A stretch of DNA of 64,000 bases from Azolla caroliniana (lineage: Eukaryota; Plantae; Polypodiophyta), in assembly GCA_043228905.1 (NCBI GenBank), contig JBHGNT010000012.1:20460001-20524000 (forward strand), written 5' to 3'. Each line of letters begins with the position of its first letter. Position 1 is the stretch's first letter. The translations under genes and the position numbers were made by a program. Shown in pieces: positions 1 through 12,379 of the stretch. The notes under the pieces are model-generated. The model was not told the origin of the DNA. It did no database searches and saw only the letters and a list, made by a program, of their open reading frames with translations.

Positions 1-1463
1 ATGGTACTCAGGATCTAGTACCTTTGCCAAAGGACAGGAAAGCATTGCCATGCAAATGGGTATACAAGTACAAGTATACATCTGATAATGCTTCCCCAAA
101 GTATAAAGCACGCTTGGTTGCCAAAGGTTTCAAGCAAGAACATGGAATTGATTTTGATGAAACCTTTTCTCCTGTAGTTAAGATGACTACATTGTGTATG
201 TTGCTTTCATTGGCTGCAAATCAGAATTTGGAATTAGTCCAAATGGATGTGAAGACTGCCTTTTTACATGGGGACCTTGATGAGGATATTTATATGGAAC
301 AACCTGAAGGTCATGAAGTCTCGGGAAAAGAACATTTGGTATGTAAACTCAAGAAGAGTTTGTATGGGCTTAAACAGTCCCCTAGGTTGTGGTACCAAAC
401 GCTTGATGCTTTTATGAAGACTCAAGGATATACTAGAAGCAATGAGGATGCATGTCTTTATACAAAAAACTGTTTAGATGGGAGTTTTATCACATTGATA
501 CTATATGTTGATGACATGCTTATTGTTGGTAAAAACAAGGGTGAGTTATCCTCGTTGAAGAAAAACTTGGGCCTGAATTTTGACATGAAGGACTTGGGAG
601 ATGCAAAACATATTCTTGGTATGTGTATTACTCGTGATAGGAGTAAGCGATGCATTTACTTGTCTCAGGCTGAATACATATCGAAAGTGCTCAAGAGGTT
701 TAATATGGAGAATGCAAAGTCGTTGAGCACTCCATTGCCTACATATGTAAAACTGAGCACATGTGATTGCCCCACATTTGATGAGGACAAGGAATTCATG
801 TCCAAGGTTCCTTATCAATCCGCAGTTGGGAGTCTTATGTATGCCATGGTGGCTACTAGACAAGACATTGCATTTGCAGTGGGAGCTGTAAGTCGATTCA
901 TGTCAAACCCTAGTAAGAAACACTGGGATGCAATCAAGTTGATACTGAGATATCTGAGTGGCACTAAGGATAAGTGCCTTTGTTTAGGCAAAGAGAATGC
1001 CTCTATCATTGGATACACAGATTCGGATTATGCCGGATGCGCTGATAGTAGGAAATCTACTTCAGGGTACATCTTTCAGATTATGGGAGGTGTTATTGCT
1101 TGGAGATCTCGTCTTCAAGATTGTGTCGCATTGTCAACAACAGAGGCTGGGTATGTTGCAGCTAGTGAGGCATGTAAGGAAGCGGTGTGGCTATCTCGAT
1201 TAGCTAGTGACATGGGTATACCACAACATGTACCCAAACAGTTTTGTGATAGTTAGAGTGTCATTGCTTTGGCTAAGAATCCGGTATATCATGCGAAGAC
1301 CAAACATATTGGAGTGCGATACCATTTTATTCGGGAATGCATAGCTAATGTTTATATTAGCCTTGAGAAGGTTGTTTCTCGCGAAAATGCCGCAAATGCA
1401 TTGACCAAGGCCTTAGCACAAGATGCGTTGGAGCATTGTTGTTACTTGATGGGCATTACTTAG
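1..1463 (+). mobile_element. Ty1/copia RT-RNase H 3' end (defective; element runs off the left edge)
   Basis: Motifs CKWVYKYK, YKARLVAKGF, QMDVKTAFLHG, SLYGLKQ, LYVDDML, GYTDSDYAG and KHIGVRYHFIRE. In-frame TAG at 1254-1256. PPT-like AGTGGGAGAT followed by TGTT at ~1593 (probable 3' LTR start; LTR end not resolved). Confidence 0.95.
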
Positions 1464-2531
1464 TACCTTACGTTACACACTTGTCGTGTACATTGTGTAA
1501 CATGCCCATCAGGTGGGAGGTATAGATCTAGGTCTTGTACAGGACAACCTTCCATTATTTGTACTCCTAGTTTACGCCTTTTAGTGGGAGATTGTTATAC
1601 ATGTACCCCCGATACATGGTAAGTGTGAAAGAAAAATAAAAACCGTTGGCAATTACAAAAAATACAAATAAAAAGGCTAATTAAGTTTTTGCCAATTTTA
1701 GATCTTATGTTTGATTTTTCTTTCCGTTCACATTTTTGTTTTTTTTTCAATTGAGAATCTGTTTTTCACAAGATTATTGGAAGGATATTCGGAAATTATA
1801 TCCAAAAAGGTAAATTTTGGCGTGTAGCGGTCATTTTATTTCCCACTCTTAATCACAGCAGATTATCACTAATCCTTCTAATTATCACTAGGCCATCCCT
1901 AATCACATCCTAATGAGATTCCTAATCATGCGCTGTCGAGGATGCGTTCAGCAGACACGTGTCATTTTTTATTTATTTAATGCTGCGTTAAAGTACGGCT
2001 TCCAATTATCGCAAGCCACGTGGCTCTCTCTCTCTCTCTCTCTCTTCTATTTTAACCTAAGGTTTAACACTTTAGGAAATTTAAGAAGAACTGATTCTGC
2101 ATTTTTATAGTGAGAGCTGAGAAGAACATCAGAAATACACGAGCAATCTATATACATCTATGTTAAGTATGTATTTATGTACACAAAAATGATTTGGGGG
2201 AGGGGGGTTTGGGTTATTAGCAATCTGGCCTGCAGGAAAGAATTAGGGTCAGTAATCGATGATTTTGAATCTGAATTACATCTGAAGCTTGGCTGCTTTA
2301 ATCCTTCCATCAAATGCACGCACTTTGGTCCCCTGAAGAAATCGATTCACATAATCTGGCATAGTATACATAAATTCGCCGATTGATTTGTGATAATGTC
2401 TGTCCAAAATCACAGATTGATTTAACTGTGATTCTTGGAGTCGAATGTTACACAGATTCAATGTCCAGCTCTCAATTCTTCATCAGCTTCTTCCATGTGA
2501 GAGAACCTCGTTCAGGCATCGACGTTCTCTC

Positions 2532-3989
2532 TCACACTCTTCGTTGAAGCAGGAAGTCTAAACAGTCCAGGTTCACCTCACAACCTTTCTTCACAAGGCA
2601 TGGACGAGAAGAATCTGCCATGAAACCTCGCTCTGCTTCACCGTCACCTTTTTCTTCTTCTTGATTTCTCTTATAAGCTTGCTGTCCAGAGCCTCTGACA
2701 GTTATCCATTTATTACCCTCAGGAATCTGTACAGGAGGCGGAGAAGAAGAGGTAGGAGAATTTGAATCAATCACAGGCTTTGGTGGCGTATTCTTATGAA
2801 CAAGGCGCCATCGTTCAAAACTAGAGCAGTATTCTACCATCGAATAGTCTCCTCGCTCATGATCTGATTCACCATCGCTCAGATCAAGAAAACTAAGAGT
2901 GCTTCTGGGAGAAGGTTGAGGAACCTGCAATTCACTACAGAACGACTGAGTATCTAGTGAAGGTTCATCATCATTTCTAGTAAGAAAAGGGTGTTCAAGA
3001 AGCTGAGATGCTGTCCATCTCTGGTTAGAATCTCTGTGTAGGCATTTAGACAAGAAATCTCTGCATTCTTCTGAGAGAGAATGAGGAAGAGGAGGATTGT
3101 CCTGAGAACATGCGATTTTGAAGAGGAGAGATTCGAAAGATGCCAAGGGATTGATCTTCTGAGAAGAACTACTAGATAAGAGCATCCATGGCGAACATCC
3201 TTGCAGCATCTCCACCACAGTGCAACCTAGCGACCAGATATCAGAAGGAAAGCTTTGTTCCACACCTTGCAGAACCTCAGGAGCCATCCACAATGGCGTT
3301 CCTCTCATAATCATGGCAGGAGAGTTATATACAGGCTTTTCTTCTGTTAAATCTTCTGTAGAAGCAAACGAGCAAGGTTTCCGTTTCCGTTCTTGATGAT
3401 GATAATGACGGTTATGGTGTTCCGATTGCTTCTTGGCTGAACCAAAATCTGCAATCTTGACAGAAGAACCCGATCCGATCAGAATGTTCTGTCCTTTGAT
3501 GTCGCAATGCACGATTTCTTGGCTATGGAGGTAAGCTAGGCCTTCAACGATGTCTCTGGTGAAGCGTCGAACTCGCCATTCTTCTAAGCTCCCGCCCGAT
3601 TTCTTCACCAATGCTGCAACGCTGCCACCTTCCATGTATTCTAGGAAGAGATTCGAGGAGCTATCGCTTCCGAAGCAGGAGATGATGCGAGGAGATCTGA
3701 GGCTTCGTAGGATGGAGAGCTCTGCCTTTATGGCGAGAATCTCAGGAGAAGAAGAAGAACGTTGTGATGGAGATGGAGACGAAGAATCAGAAGGTAGTTC
3801 TTCTAGGTTATTAATGGATTTGACAGCGAAGAAGTGTCCATTGTCCAGATTGATGGCGAGGGAGACACGTCCAAAGGAGCCATATCCAAGAGGTGAGAGA
3901 CGAATCCATCGTCTGATCTTCATGGGAGAAGACTCGATGGTATTCTTCGCAGTGGAAGCTTCCATGGCGTCGTAGGGGGAGGTCATCAT
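2532..3989 (-). CDS. Mitogen-activated protein kinase kinase kinase, intronless MEKK-type (MAPKKK15-21/17/18-like)
   Basis: Complete kinase motifs LGYGSFG, FAVKS, HCDIKGQNIL, DFG, GTPLWMAPE and DIWSLGCTVVEM, plus C-terminal SPRS and WITVR motifs typical of this clade. First ATG at 3989; the ORF track start at 4004 is GTG. Confidence 0.93.
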   Translation of the reverse strand: MMTSPYDAMEASTAKNTIESSPMKIRRWIRLSPLGYGSFGRVSLAINLDNGHFFAVKSINNLEELPSDSSSPSPSQRSSSSPEILAIKAELSILRSLRSPRIISCFGSDSSSNLFLEYMEGGSVAALVKKSGGSLEEWRVRRFTRDIVEGLAYLHSQEIVHCDIKGQNILIGSGSSVKIADFGSAKKQSEHHNRHYHHQERKRKPCSFASTEDLTEEKPVYNSPAMIMRGTPLWMAPEVLQGVEQSFPSDIWSLGCTVVEMLQGCSPWMLLSSSSSQKINPLASFESLLFKIACSQDNPPLPHSLSEECRDFLSKCLHRDSNQRWTASQLLEHPFLTRNDDEPSLDTQSFCSELQVPQPSPRSTLSFLDLSDGESDHERGDYSMVEYCSSFERWRLVHKNTPPKPVIDSNSPTSSSPPPVQIPEGNKWITVRGSGQQAYKRNQEEEKGDGEAERGFMADSSRPCLVKKGCEVNLDCLDFLLQRRV

Positions 3990-4180
3990 AACAACAGAAT
4001 TCACAAAATAGAGGAGAAAAAAAAGAGAAAACAGAAGAGGAAGTGAGGATTAGGGCATGGGAGATGGAGGAGGAGATCGATCGATCAGTTATCAGAGATT
4101 TACCAGAGAATGAAGAAACGATCTGCAGACACAAAATCAATGAGGCCGAAGGAGGGTTTTTGAAGACAGTCCCGCATTTC

Positions 4181-4266
4181 ATGTATGTATGTGTGTATGT
4201 ATGTATGTATGTATGTATATACTTATGTATGTTTGTATGTACATATGTATGTATGTATGTATGTAC

Positions 4267-4297
<31 letters not shown>

Positions 4298-4490
4298 TGT
4301 ATGTATGTATGTATGTATGTATGTATGTATGTATGTATGTATGTATGTATGTTATGTATGTATGTATGTATGTATGTATGTATTATGTATGAATATTTCA
4401 TGTATGTATGTGTGTTATGTATGTATGTATGTATGTATGTATGTATGTATGTATGTATGTATGTATGTATGTATGTATGTATGTATGTGC
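4181..4490. repeat. (GTAT)n tetranucleotide microsatellite, ~310 bp, interrupted
   Basis: Directly visible. It generates the spurious MYVC/IHTY ORFs. Confidence 0.98.
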
Positions 4491-4647
4491 GTATACATAT
4501 ACACATATGCATAGGTTCACGACCTTGCTTTTGCTAATCTTTTCTGATTTGGGGAGCACCAATAAATTTGTCCACCTAAGATGTCTGGTAAACTCACATT
4601 CAGAAGTGTTGCAAGAAGACTTGGGACTCGGTTACGATTTCCAAATC

Positions 4648-4746
4648 CAAATATGAGCAAACGCTAACCGTTGACAGACACAAGCCATTACCATCAAATA
4701 TGAGCAAACACTCGAATCGTTGACAAACACAAGCCACTACCATCAA
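4648..4746. repeat. ~47-bp tandem duplication
   Basis: caaatatgagcaaac...gttgaca.acacaagcca.taccat occurs twice in tandem. Confidence 0.8.
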
Positions 4747-5824
4747 CCAGTATGGTTTTTTTTGCCTTTCCTTGCAATGCTTAGGATACCCAAACAAGCT
4801 TTTTTATTTTTGTTGTATACGGTTGTGTGCACATTAGTTTTGAGAAAACAAAAGAGCTAAACATAGGCCAATTTATGCGCTATGTTACAAGATTGATCGT
4901 GAACTAATGATGAATACATGGTTCGTCTACTCGCTTGAAGGCACCTATTCTAGTGCAATAACCTACTGTATGTGGTCGAGGGATTGGGTTCTCATATGTG
5001 GGTAAAACGTATAGCGCTCTGAGTGTGGGTAACTAATGTGTGCTTTGGTTTTTACTTAACAAGTCTAGGGATTGATTGCCCTTGGGACGGGACCTTGTGA
5101 ACATGCATATTATTATAGGTTCCTGCTTTTCACCGAAAATAGGAGAAACAAAAAAGCTACTGTTTATTGGCTTTTCAGAAAGTGAAACCATATTTTTGGT
5201 CGTGACCACTTCTTCCTCTAAAATTGGAGCTATTTTTGTTCCTTTCTCTTCTATATTTATACATTTATTTATTTGGTTTTAAATAATTATCCTTAAATTT
5301 ATGCGTAGCAGCCGATACATACATTTTATTTTTGTTTTTAAAACTTTTTTACATTATCTTTTTTAGTTATTAAAATGTTTTAAAATCGAATTTCTTTTGG
5401 TGTCTTTTGGGGAGTGTACTTTTTTTTCGCCACATCCATTTTTTATTTTAGTTATATAATATATTTGATTCGATTTCATTTCGCTCATTTATTTCCACTT
5501 AAGCAGTTGGAGAAAAATTAAAGTCTCTTAATCTCGGGCTCGCTTCCCTAATCAGTGCTCTAATGACGCCTTTTCAGTCCCTAATTATTATCCGTTTCAC
5601 CTTTTCTAATTCCCTAATCATGCTGCTAATCATCTCGTTTCCCGCTCTTTGGGCTTTTAGCTTTTCGAGGCTCTTTTGGTCGTCCACGTGGCATGCACCT
5701 ATTCGTTCTGAACTGCCGTACATCTTTGCGTTGATTTTATTATTGACTTTTTCTTGCATTATTTAAGAGATACTCACGGTCTAGTGTCGAACGAGATTGC
5801 GACACGTGGCAATCGAAAAGTGCA

Positions 5825-5846
5825 CCCCCCCCCCCCCCCCCCCCCC
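5825..5846. repeat. Poly-C tract (C22)
   Basis: Directly visible. Confidence 0.95.
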
Positions 5847-5968
5847 AAGGCTTTAAAACCATTCACAAGGCAAGAGAATTAAAATGGATGATTGGTTTGA
5901 TATTTCTAGTAAAAATTAGAATTCAAAAACATGTGTGCATGTGCACCCCCACCCCCCCATAAAAACTC

Positions 5969-6042
5969 TATGGATGTTAAAAATATCAAGATAAGTGTTG
6001 CACTTATGGATGTAAAAAATATCAAGATAATTGTTGCACTTA
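5969..6042. repeat. ~36-bp tandem duplication
   Basis: tatggatgt.aaaaatatcaagataa.tgttgcact twice. Confidence 0.8.
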
Positions 6043-6764
6043 GGGGTTATGGGTCAATATTGGCCTCTCTATAGACGCTAAAAATATCTATCTATCTAAT
6101 ATATTTGTGTCCTAAGCGCATGAACCAGTTGGCCATATACCTGAACAGCCCCAATCTTCTCATATGTTGATTCTTTGAACTTTGCCCTTACTATACCATT
6201 CCTCTCATCCGTACAACAGAGAACCGAATGTAGAAAGCCTCATGTCCCTCGTATTTTTACAAGCCCGACGATCGTCAATGCATCGTTTATTGTTGGTCCT
6301 AGAAGATGACATTGAATGGTCCTATAGATTAATAAGTAACATGGGAACAAGCCGCAAGCCGCGTGATGTATTGTTTGGCGACATGTGTTCACGACCACAT
6401 GCTCGGTTACATTCGAGAAGCCAAGACGCCGAAGGAAGCGTGGGAAAACCTACGAAAGATTTTCGCCGCCAACACGACCGCGAGGAAGCTTCAACTCCAC
6501 CAAGAGTTAAACAACATTCAACAAAGGGATATGTCTATCATGACATACACCTTGAAGATCAAGGAGCTTTGTGACTCGCTCGGCTCAATAAGCGTAAGTA
6601 TAGATGATGATGAGATGGTGCAAATATGCCTCGGCGGCCTCGCACCACGGTTAGGCGCGATGCGAACCGCCGTTCTAGCACGGGAGAAATCTCCCTCCTT
6701 CTTCGAGCTCCAATCAATGTTATTAGTCGAAGAAAACCACGTGCGTGCAAGGAGCAATGAGTCG

Positions 6765-8328
6765 GAAGGCCACATGCTCTACACGCACTCTAATGGAGGA
6801 AGAGGGCGCGGACGACCTACGCACTCTAATGGAGGAAGAGGGCGTGGACGAGCGGCCAAGGACAAGGCAGACGAGGTCCGACCTACGACAACAACTCCCA
6901 ATTTCGGCCGCAAAACGAAGGCCAACGAGGAACCTTCGCAAGAAGGGGGAGCTTCCACTCCGGCCCGAGCCGTCAAAACGCAACCGAATACAGATATTGC
7001 GGAAAGTTCGGCCACCACGAAGAAGAGTGCCGAAAGAAGATGCGTGAATCGGCTTCCACAAGCCGACAACTCACGAATTACGGAGGAAGGCCACATGCTC
7101 TACACGCACTCTAATGGAGGAAGAGGGCGCGGACGAGCGGCCAAGGACAAGGCAGACGAGGTCCGACCTACGACAACAACTCCCAATTTCGGCCGCAAAA
7201 CGAAGGCCAACGAGGAACCTTCGCAAGAAGGGGGAGCTTCCACTCCGGCCCGAGCCGTCAAAACGCAACCGAATACAGATATTGCGGAAAGTTCGGCCAC
7301 CACGAAGAAGAGTGCCGAAAGAAGATGCGTGAATCGGCTTCCACAAGCCGACAACTCACGAATTACGGAGGAAGGCCACATGCTCTACACGCACTCTAAT
7401 GGAGGAAGAGGGCGCGGACGACCTACGCACTCTAATGGAGGAAGAGGGCGCGGACGAGCGGCCAAGGACAAGGCAGACGAGGTCCGACCTACGACAACAA
7501 CTCCCAATTTCGGCCGCAAAACGAAGGCCAACGAGGAACCTTCGCAAGAAGGGGGAGCTTCCACTCCGGCCCGAGCCGTCAAAACGCAACCGAATACAGA
7601 TATTGCGGAAAGTTCGGCCACCACGAAGAAGAGTGCCGAAAGAAGATGCGTGAATCGGCTTCCACAAGCCGACAACTCACGAATTACGGAGGAAGGCCAC
7701 ATGCTCTACACGCACTCTAATGGAGGAAGAGGGCGCGGACGACCTACGCACTCTAATGGAGGAAGAGGGCGCGGACGAGCGGCCAAGGACAAGGCAGACG
7801 AGGTCCGACCTACGACAACAACTCCCAATTTCGGCCGCAAAACGAAGGCCAACGAGGAACCTTCGCAAGAAGGGGGAGCTTCCACTCCGGCCCGAGCCGT
7901 CAAAACACAACCGAATACAGATATTGCGGAAAGTTCGGCCACCACGAAGAAGAGTGCCGAAAGAAGATGCGTGAATCGGCTTCCACAAGCCGACAACTCA
8001 CGAATTACGGAGGAAGGCCACATGCTCTACACGCACTCTAATGGAGGAAGAGGGCGGACGACCTACGCACTCTAATGGAGGAAGAGGGCGCAGACGAGCG
8101 GCCAAGGACAAGGCAGACGAGGTCCGACCTACGACAACAACTCCCAATTTCGGCCGCAAAACGAAGGCCAACAAGGAACCTTCGCAAGAAGGGGGAGCTT
8201 CCACTCTGGCCCAAGCCGTCAAAACGCAACCGAATACAGATATTGCGGAAAGTTCGGCCACCACGAAGAAGAGTGCCGAAAGAAGATGCGTGAATCGGCT
8301 TCCACAAGCCGACAACTCACGAATTACG
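6765..8328 (+). repeat. Five near-identical tandem copies (321/285/321/321/~310 bp) of the gag nucleocapsid segment
   Basis: Anchor CACATGCTCTACACG at 6771, 7092, 7377, 7698 and 8019. A nested 36-bp sub-repeat is absent from copy 2. Confidence 0.97.
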
Positions 8329-11300
8329 CGCACAATTCCGACTACGAAGAGTATAGCGGAATGTACGGGCACAACTCCAACTACGAGGATCGTGGCGGAA
8401 TGTACGCATACAACTCCGACCGTGGCGGAATGTTCATGATGAAACATAGAGCAAAGTCTATGTCGGCCTCTACCTCAACTAGTGCCCTCAATCTGGAGGA
8501 CGTATGGTTTGTTGACTCCGAAGCCTCAAACCATATGACATCCCACAAAGAATGGTTTCTCGAACTTCGAGAGCCGGAGCGACCCGGTTATGTCGAAACC
8601 GGAGATGACACTACGCACCCGATTCGGCACATCGGCAATGTTCCGTTCGGCGAAAGAGGTAAGCAAACATACATTAAAAATGTCTTGCATGTACCCACCA
8701 TCACAAAGAATTTGGTCTCGGTCGGCCAAATGGTTGAGCAAGGGATGCAAATACGATTCGACCAAGAAGGGTGCTTCATCGAAAAAGAAGGTTGAATCAT
8801 CGCACGCGGAAGAAGAGAGGGCCGGATGTTCATTCTCGATTCGCACGAGATGAAATCCGCCATGTTCGCAAAAAGCACGAAAGCCGACTCTGACATAGAG
8901 CTATGGCATAAGCGAATCGGCCACATCAATTTCAACAAACTCAAAGCAATGAAATCGAAAGGAGTCTTCATCGGACTCCCGACATTCAAAGAGAAGGAGA
9001 TTGAAGGTGTATGCGAAGCGTGCCAATTCGGCAAGCAACACCGACACCCATTTCCGAAGGAGCGAAATGTGAGCAAAGGCGTACTCGACGTAATTCATTC
9101 CGATGTATGGGGTCCGGCTCAAACGGCGACATTCGGCGGATGCCGATATTACGTGCTCTTCATCGACGACTTTTCAAGGCACACTTGGATCTACCCGATG
9201 CGGCAAAAGAGCGAAGTGTTCGGACACTTCCAAAATTTCAAGAATGATGTCGAGAAAGCCACGGGCCGACATGTACGATGCCGATCGGATGGCGGCAAGG
9301 AGTACTTCTCGAACGATTTCACGACGTATCTCCGAAAGGAAGGAATTCAGCGAGAATTCACTTGCCGACACACTCCGCAACAAAACGGAGTAGTCGAGCG
9401 CAAAAATCGGCATATCCTCGAAGTAGCGCGGGCCATGATGAACGAGAAGCATATGCCCAAGTCATATTGGGCCGAAGCGGCAAATACGGTCGTCTACCTA
9501 ATGAACCGGTGCACAACATCTTGCGTGCACGAGGTCACTTCGCACGAAAGATTCTTCGGAAAGAAGCCAAACCTATCACATGTTCGGATATTCGGCTCTA
9601 TTGCGTACGTGCACATCCCCGATGAGAAGCGTCAAAAGCTTGACCCAAAGTCAGAGAAATGTATCCTTGTAGGATACTCATTGGAGCAAAAGGGGTACAA
9701 GTGCTACAACCCCTCAACTCGAAAACCTTGAGTAAGTCGAGACATCGTTTTTGACAAGTCCGCATCCTGGTACGCACCAGAGACAACTCCAACTCCGACT
9801 CCACTCGTCCCAGAATCTGCCGAACAAGAGATCGAGGATGAAGATCGCCCTACGCGCATGATCGAAGAAAGTACGATCACGACCCGACTGAGCGAACCAC
9901 AAGAGCCTTTGAGCAATCAAAGCACATCACGGCCTAGCTCTAAGATGGACAAAGGCAAGGCGAAAATGGCGGAATATGAAGACGACCGCTTCGACGACGA
10001 TGAATTGACTCACTCACTCGATAGTGAGTTCAGCGGCTTCGATGTACCAATCGGAGCTAAGAAAGCCCTCACCTCTGCAAATGAAAAGCTCCGCCGATCC
10101 ACTCGTGAAAAGAACCCCGTAAGCCGATTCGGATACAACGATTATATGGCGTACCATTACACCTTTATGATGAAGGTAGCGACAGTACGGGAGCCGCGAA
10201 GGACCCGCGAGGGATCGAAGCAATGAACGAGGAGATGCAGGCACTGCGGAAGAACGAGACGTGGGATCTCATTCTCACCTCACCACACAAAAAGGCGATC
10301 GGATGCAGATGGATCTACAAGGTGAAGTATAACGTCGATGGCTCCGTAAACCGCTACAAAGCTCGACTCGTAGCAAAAGGATACGCTCAGACGCATGGCG
10401 TCGACTACGAAGAGACCTTTGCCCCGGTGGCAAAGATGACGACGGTACGGCCCGTAATTGCGATTACCGCGGCGAAAGGGTGGCACCTCCATCAAATGGA
10501 CGTCAAGAACACCTTTCTACAAGGTGAATTAGAAGAGTAGATGTACATGATCCAACCACCCGGCTTCAACTCAAGCACCCATCCGAAAGTTGTATGCCGA
10601 CTCAAGAAGCCACTCTACGGCCTCAAGCAAGCACCGCGTGCTTGGCATTCGAAGATAACACAATATCTTCATCAAATCAACTTCCGTATGTCAAAATCGA
10701 ACAACTCCCTCTACATACGAAGCGATTCCGCAAGTCCGATCGTCATCATTTTATATGTGGATGACCTAGTCATTGGAGGTGAGCATCTCGTCGAAATCAA
10801 TAAAGTCAAATCCCTCCTTTCCGACAAGTTCGAGATGACGGACATGAAGGAGCTCCACTACTTCCTCGGCATCGAGGTAATTCGGACTCCGGCCGGAATC
10901 ATGATCTCTCAACGACACTACATCCTCAACTTGTTATACAAGTTCGGGATGGCTGAGTGCAAATCCGTGGCAACCCCGCTCGATTGTAATCTCAAACTAG
11001 ATGCGCACTCTGGCACCAAAGCGTGTGAGCCGACTCAGTATCGGCAACTCATCGGGAGTCTCATCTACCTCACGATCACACGACCCGATCTCAGTTATCC
11101 GGTCGGCCTCCTTAGCCAATTCATGCAAACACCGCGTGATACTCACTTGGATTGCGCTAAACGAGTTCTACGATACGTGAGTGGCACAATGGATTGCGGC
11201 ATCCTCTACAAGACGCCAATACGACTCGAGGGGTACACCGACGCCGATTGGGCCGGCTACAAAGCCGATAGAAGATCAACCTCCGGATTTGTTTTCTCCC

Positions 11301-11999
11301 TCGGCAGCGGAGCCATATCCTAGAGTAGCAAGAAGCAGCCTACCATCGCTCTTTCGAGTACGGAGGCGGAATACAGGGGCGCAGCCGTAGCTGCGTGTGA
11401 AGTCGTATGGCTCAAGAGGATTTTGAAGGATCTCGGCGTACCCATCAAGGATCTGACTCCCCTTTACTGCGACAACATGAGCAGTATCTATCTGTCTCGG
11501 AACCCAGTGTTCCACGCGCGGACAAAGCACATCGAAGTGCACTATCACTTCATCCGAGAGCGCGTCCTGGCTGGCGATGTCGACCTACAACACATTAGCA
11601 CCAATCTTCAAACGACCGACATCTTCACTAAATCCTTAGGAGCCGTCACTAAATCCTTAGGAGCCAACAAGCTATGGCAATTCATGACCGATCTCGGATT
11701 GACGATCCCTGACCTGCCAAGCTTGAGGGGGAGAACTGAAGACACTACACAATAACGCGTAGATTCTGCAACCATGCAACAAAGCCACGAAGGAAGACGC
11801 AAGCCGAAGCACAGACTTCGCAACTACACACGCAAGCCGAAGCACTGACTTCGTAACTACGCACAACGCAAGTTGGAGCACGGATTCCGCAACTCCGCAT
11901 ACATGCGAGTCGACACGAGTTGACGCGGACTCCAGAACGCGAGTTGAAGTGGATTTCGGATATAGTCTGAAACCGACCCGACTTGAGCTTGAGGGGGCG

Positions 12000-12289
12000 T
12001 GTTGAGAATCAAGCTCAACTTGGTCTAGTGTGTGAACTCACCTTGAGAGTGAAGAGACACTCCAACGGTAAAGAGTCACCATTATGTCACCACTATGGTA
12101 TTCTAGCATTTAGTATGAGTCATAGAATCATATTCTATGACACATAACTTATGAGCTTTCACATTCCCCATGCTCCATGAGCCTTGTAGTTAATGAAGAG
12201 AGAGGGTGACTACATAAAGCACCCTCCTCCCACCTTGTATAATGTTAAGTCTTTCTCCTTTGTTAATAGACGTTTACATTGTGTATTCC

Positions 12290-12325
<36 letters not shown>

Positions 12326-12369
12326 CACACACATACACTTCACAAGAATCCATCTCTTGATTCTTTACA
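12000..12369 (+). repeat. 3' LTR of the copia at 6341-12369
   Basis: Starts TGTTGAG directly after the PPT, contains a (TC)n tract and ends ...TTCTTTACA. The end is inferred from similarity to the end of the LTR at 49331-49770. Confidence 0.75.
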
Positions 12370-12379
12370 TTGTGGAAAG

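Larger units (their letters stand above)
6341..12369 (+). mobile_element. Ty1/copia LTR retrotransposon, 5'-truncated (no 5' LTR or PBS), defective gag-PR-IN-RT-RH plus 3' LTR
   Basis: Gag (AWENLRKIF, KIKELCDSL), degenerate protease (WFVDSEAS), integrase (LWHKRIGH, CEACQFGK, HSDVWGP, RSDGGKEY, PQQNGVVER), RT (YKARLVAKG, LYVDDL) and RNase H (YTDADWAG, KHIEVHYHFIRE). Several stops and frameshifts. PPT GAGGGGGCG at 11991-11999. Confidence 0.95.

Noticed and set aside
1840-1935. CTAAT(C) motif clusters (also 5530-5635)
   Set aside because: Probably TE subterminal or LTR sequence. I could not define termini or TSDs.
3811-4656. ORFs of repeated MYVC / IHTY
   Set aside because: Translations of the (GTAT)n microsatellite.
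6085-6340. Short minus-strand peptide-like stretch before the truncated copia
   Set aside because: No recognisable motif or splice-supported structure.
6723-8447. Many repeated overlapping ORFs; regular spacing superficially array-like
   Set aside because: Alternative-frame products of the gag tandem repeat. Units are contiguous with no unique spacers, so this is not CRISPR-like.
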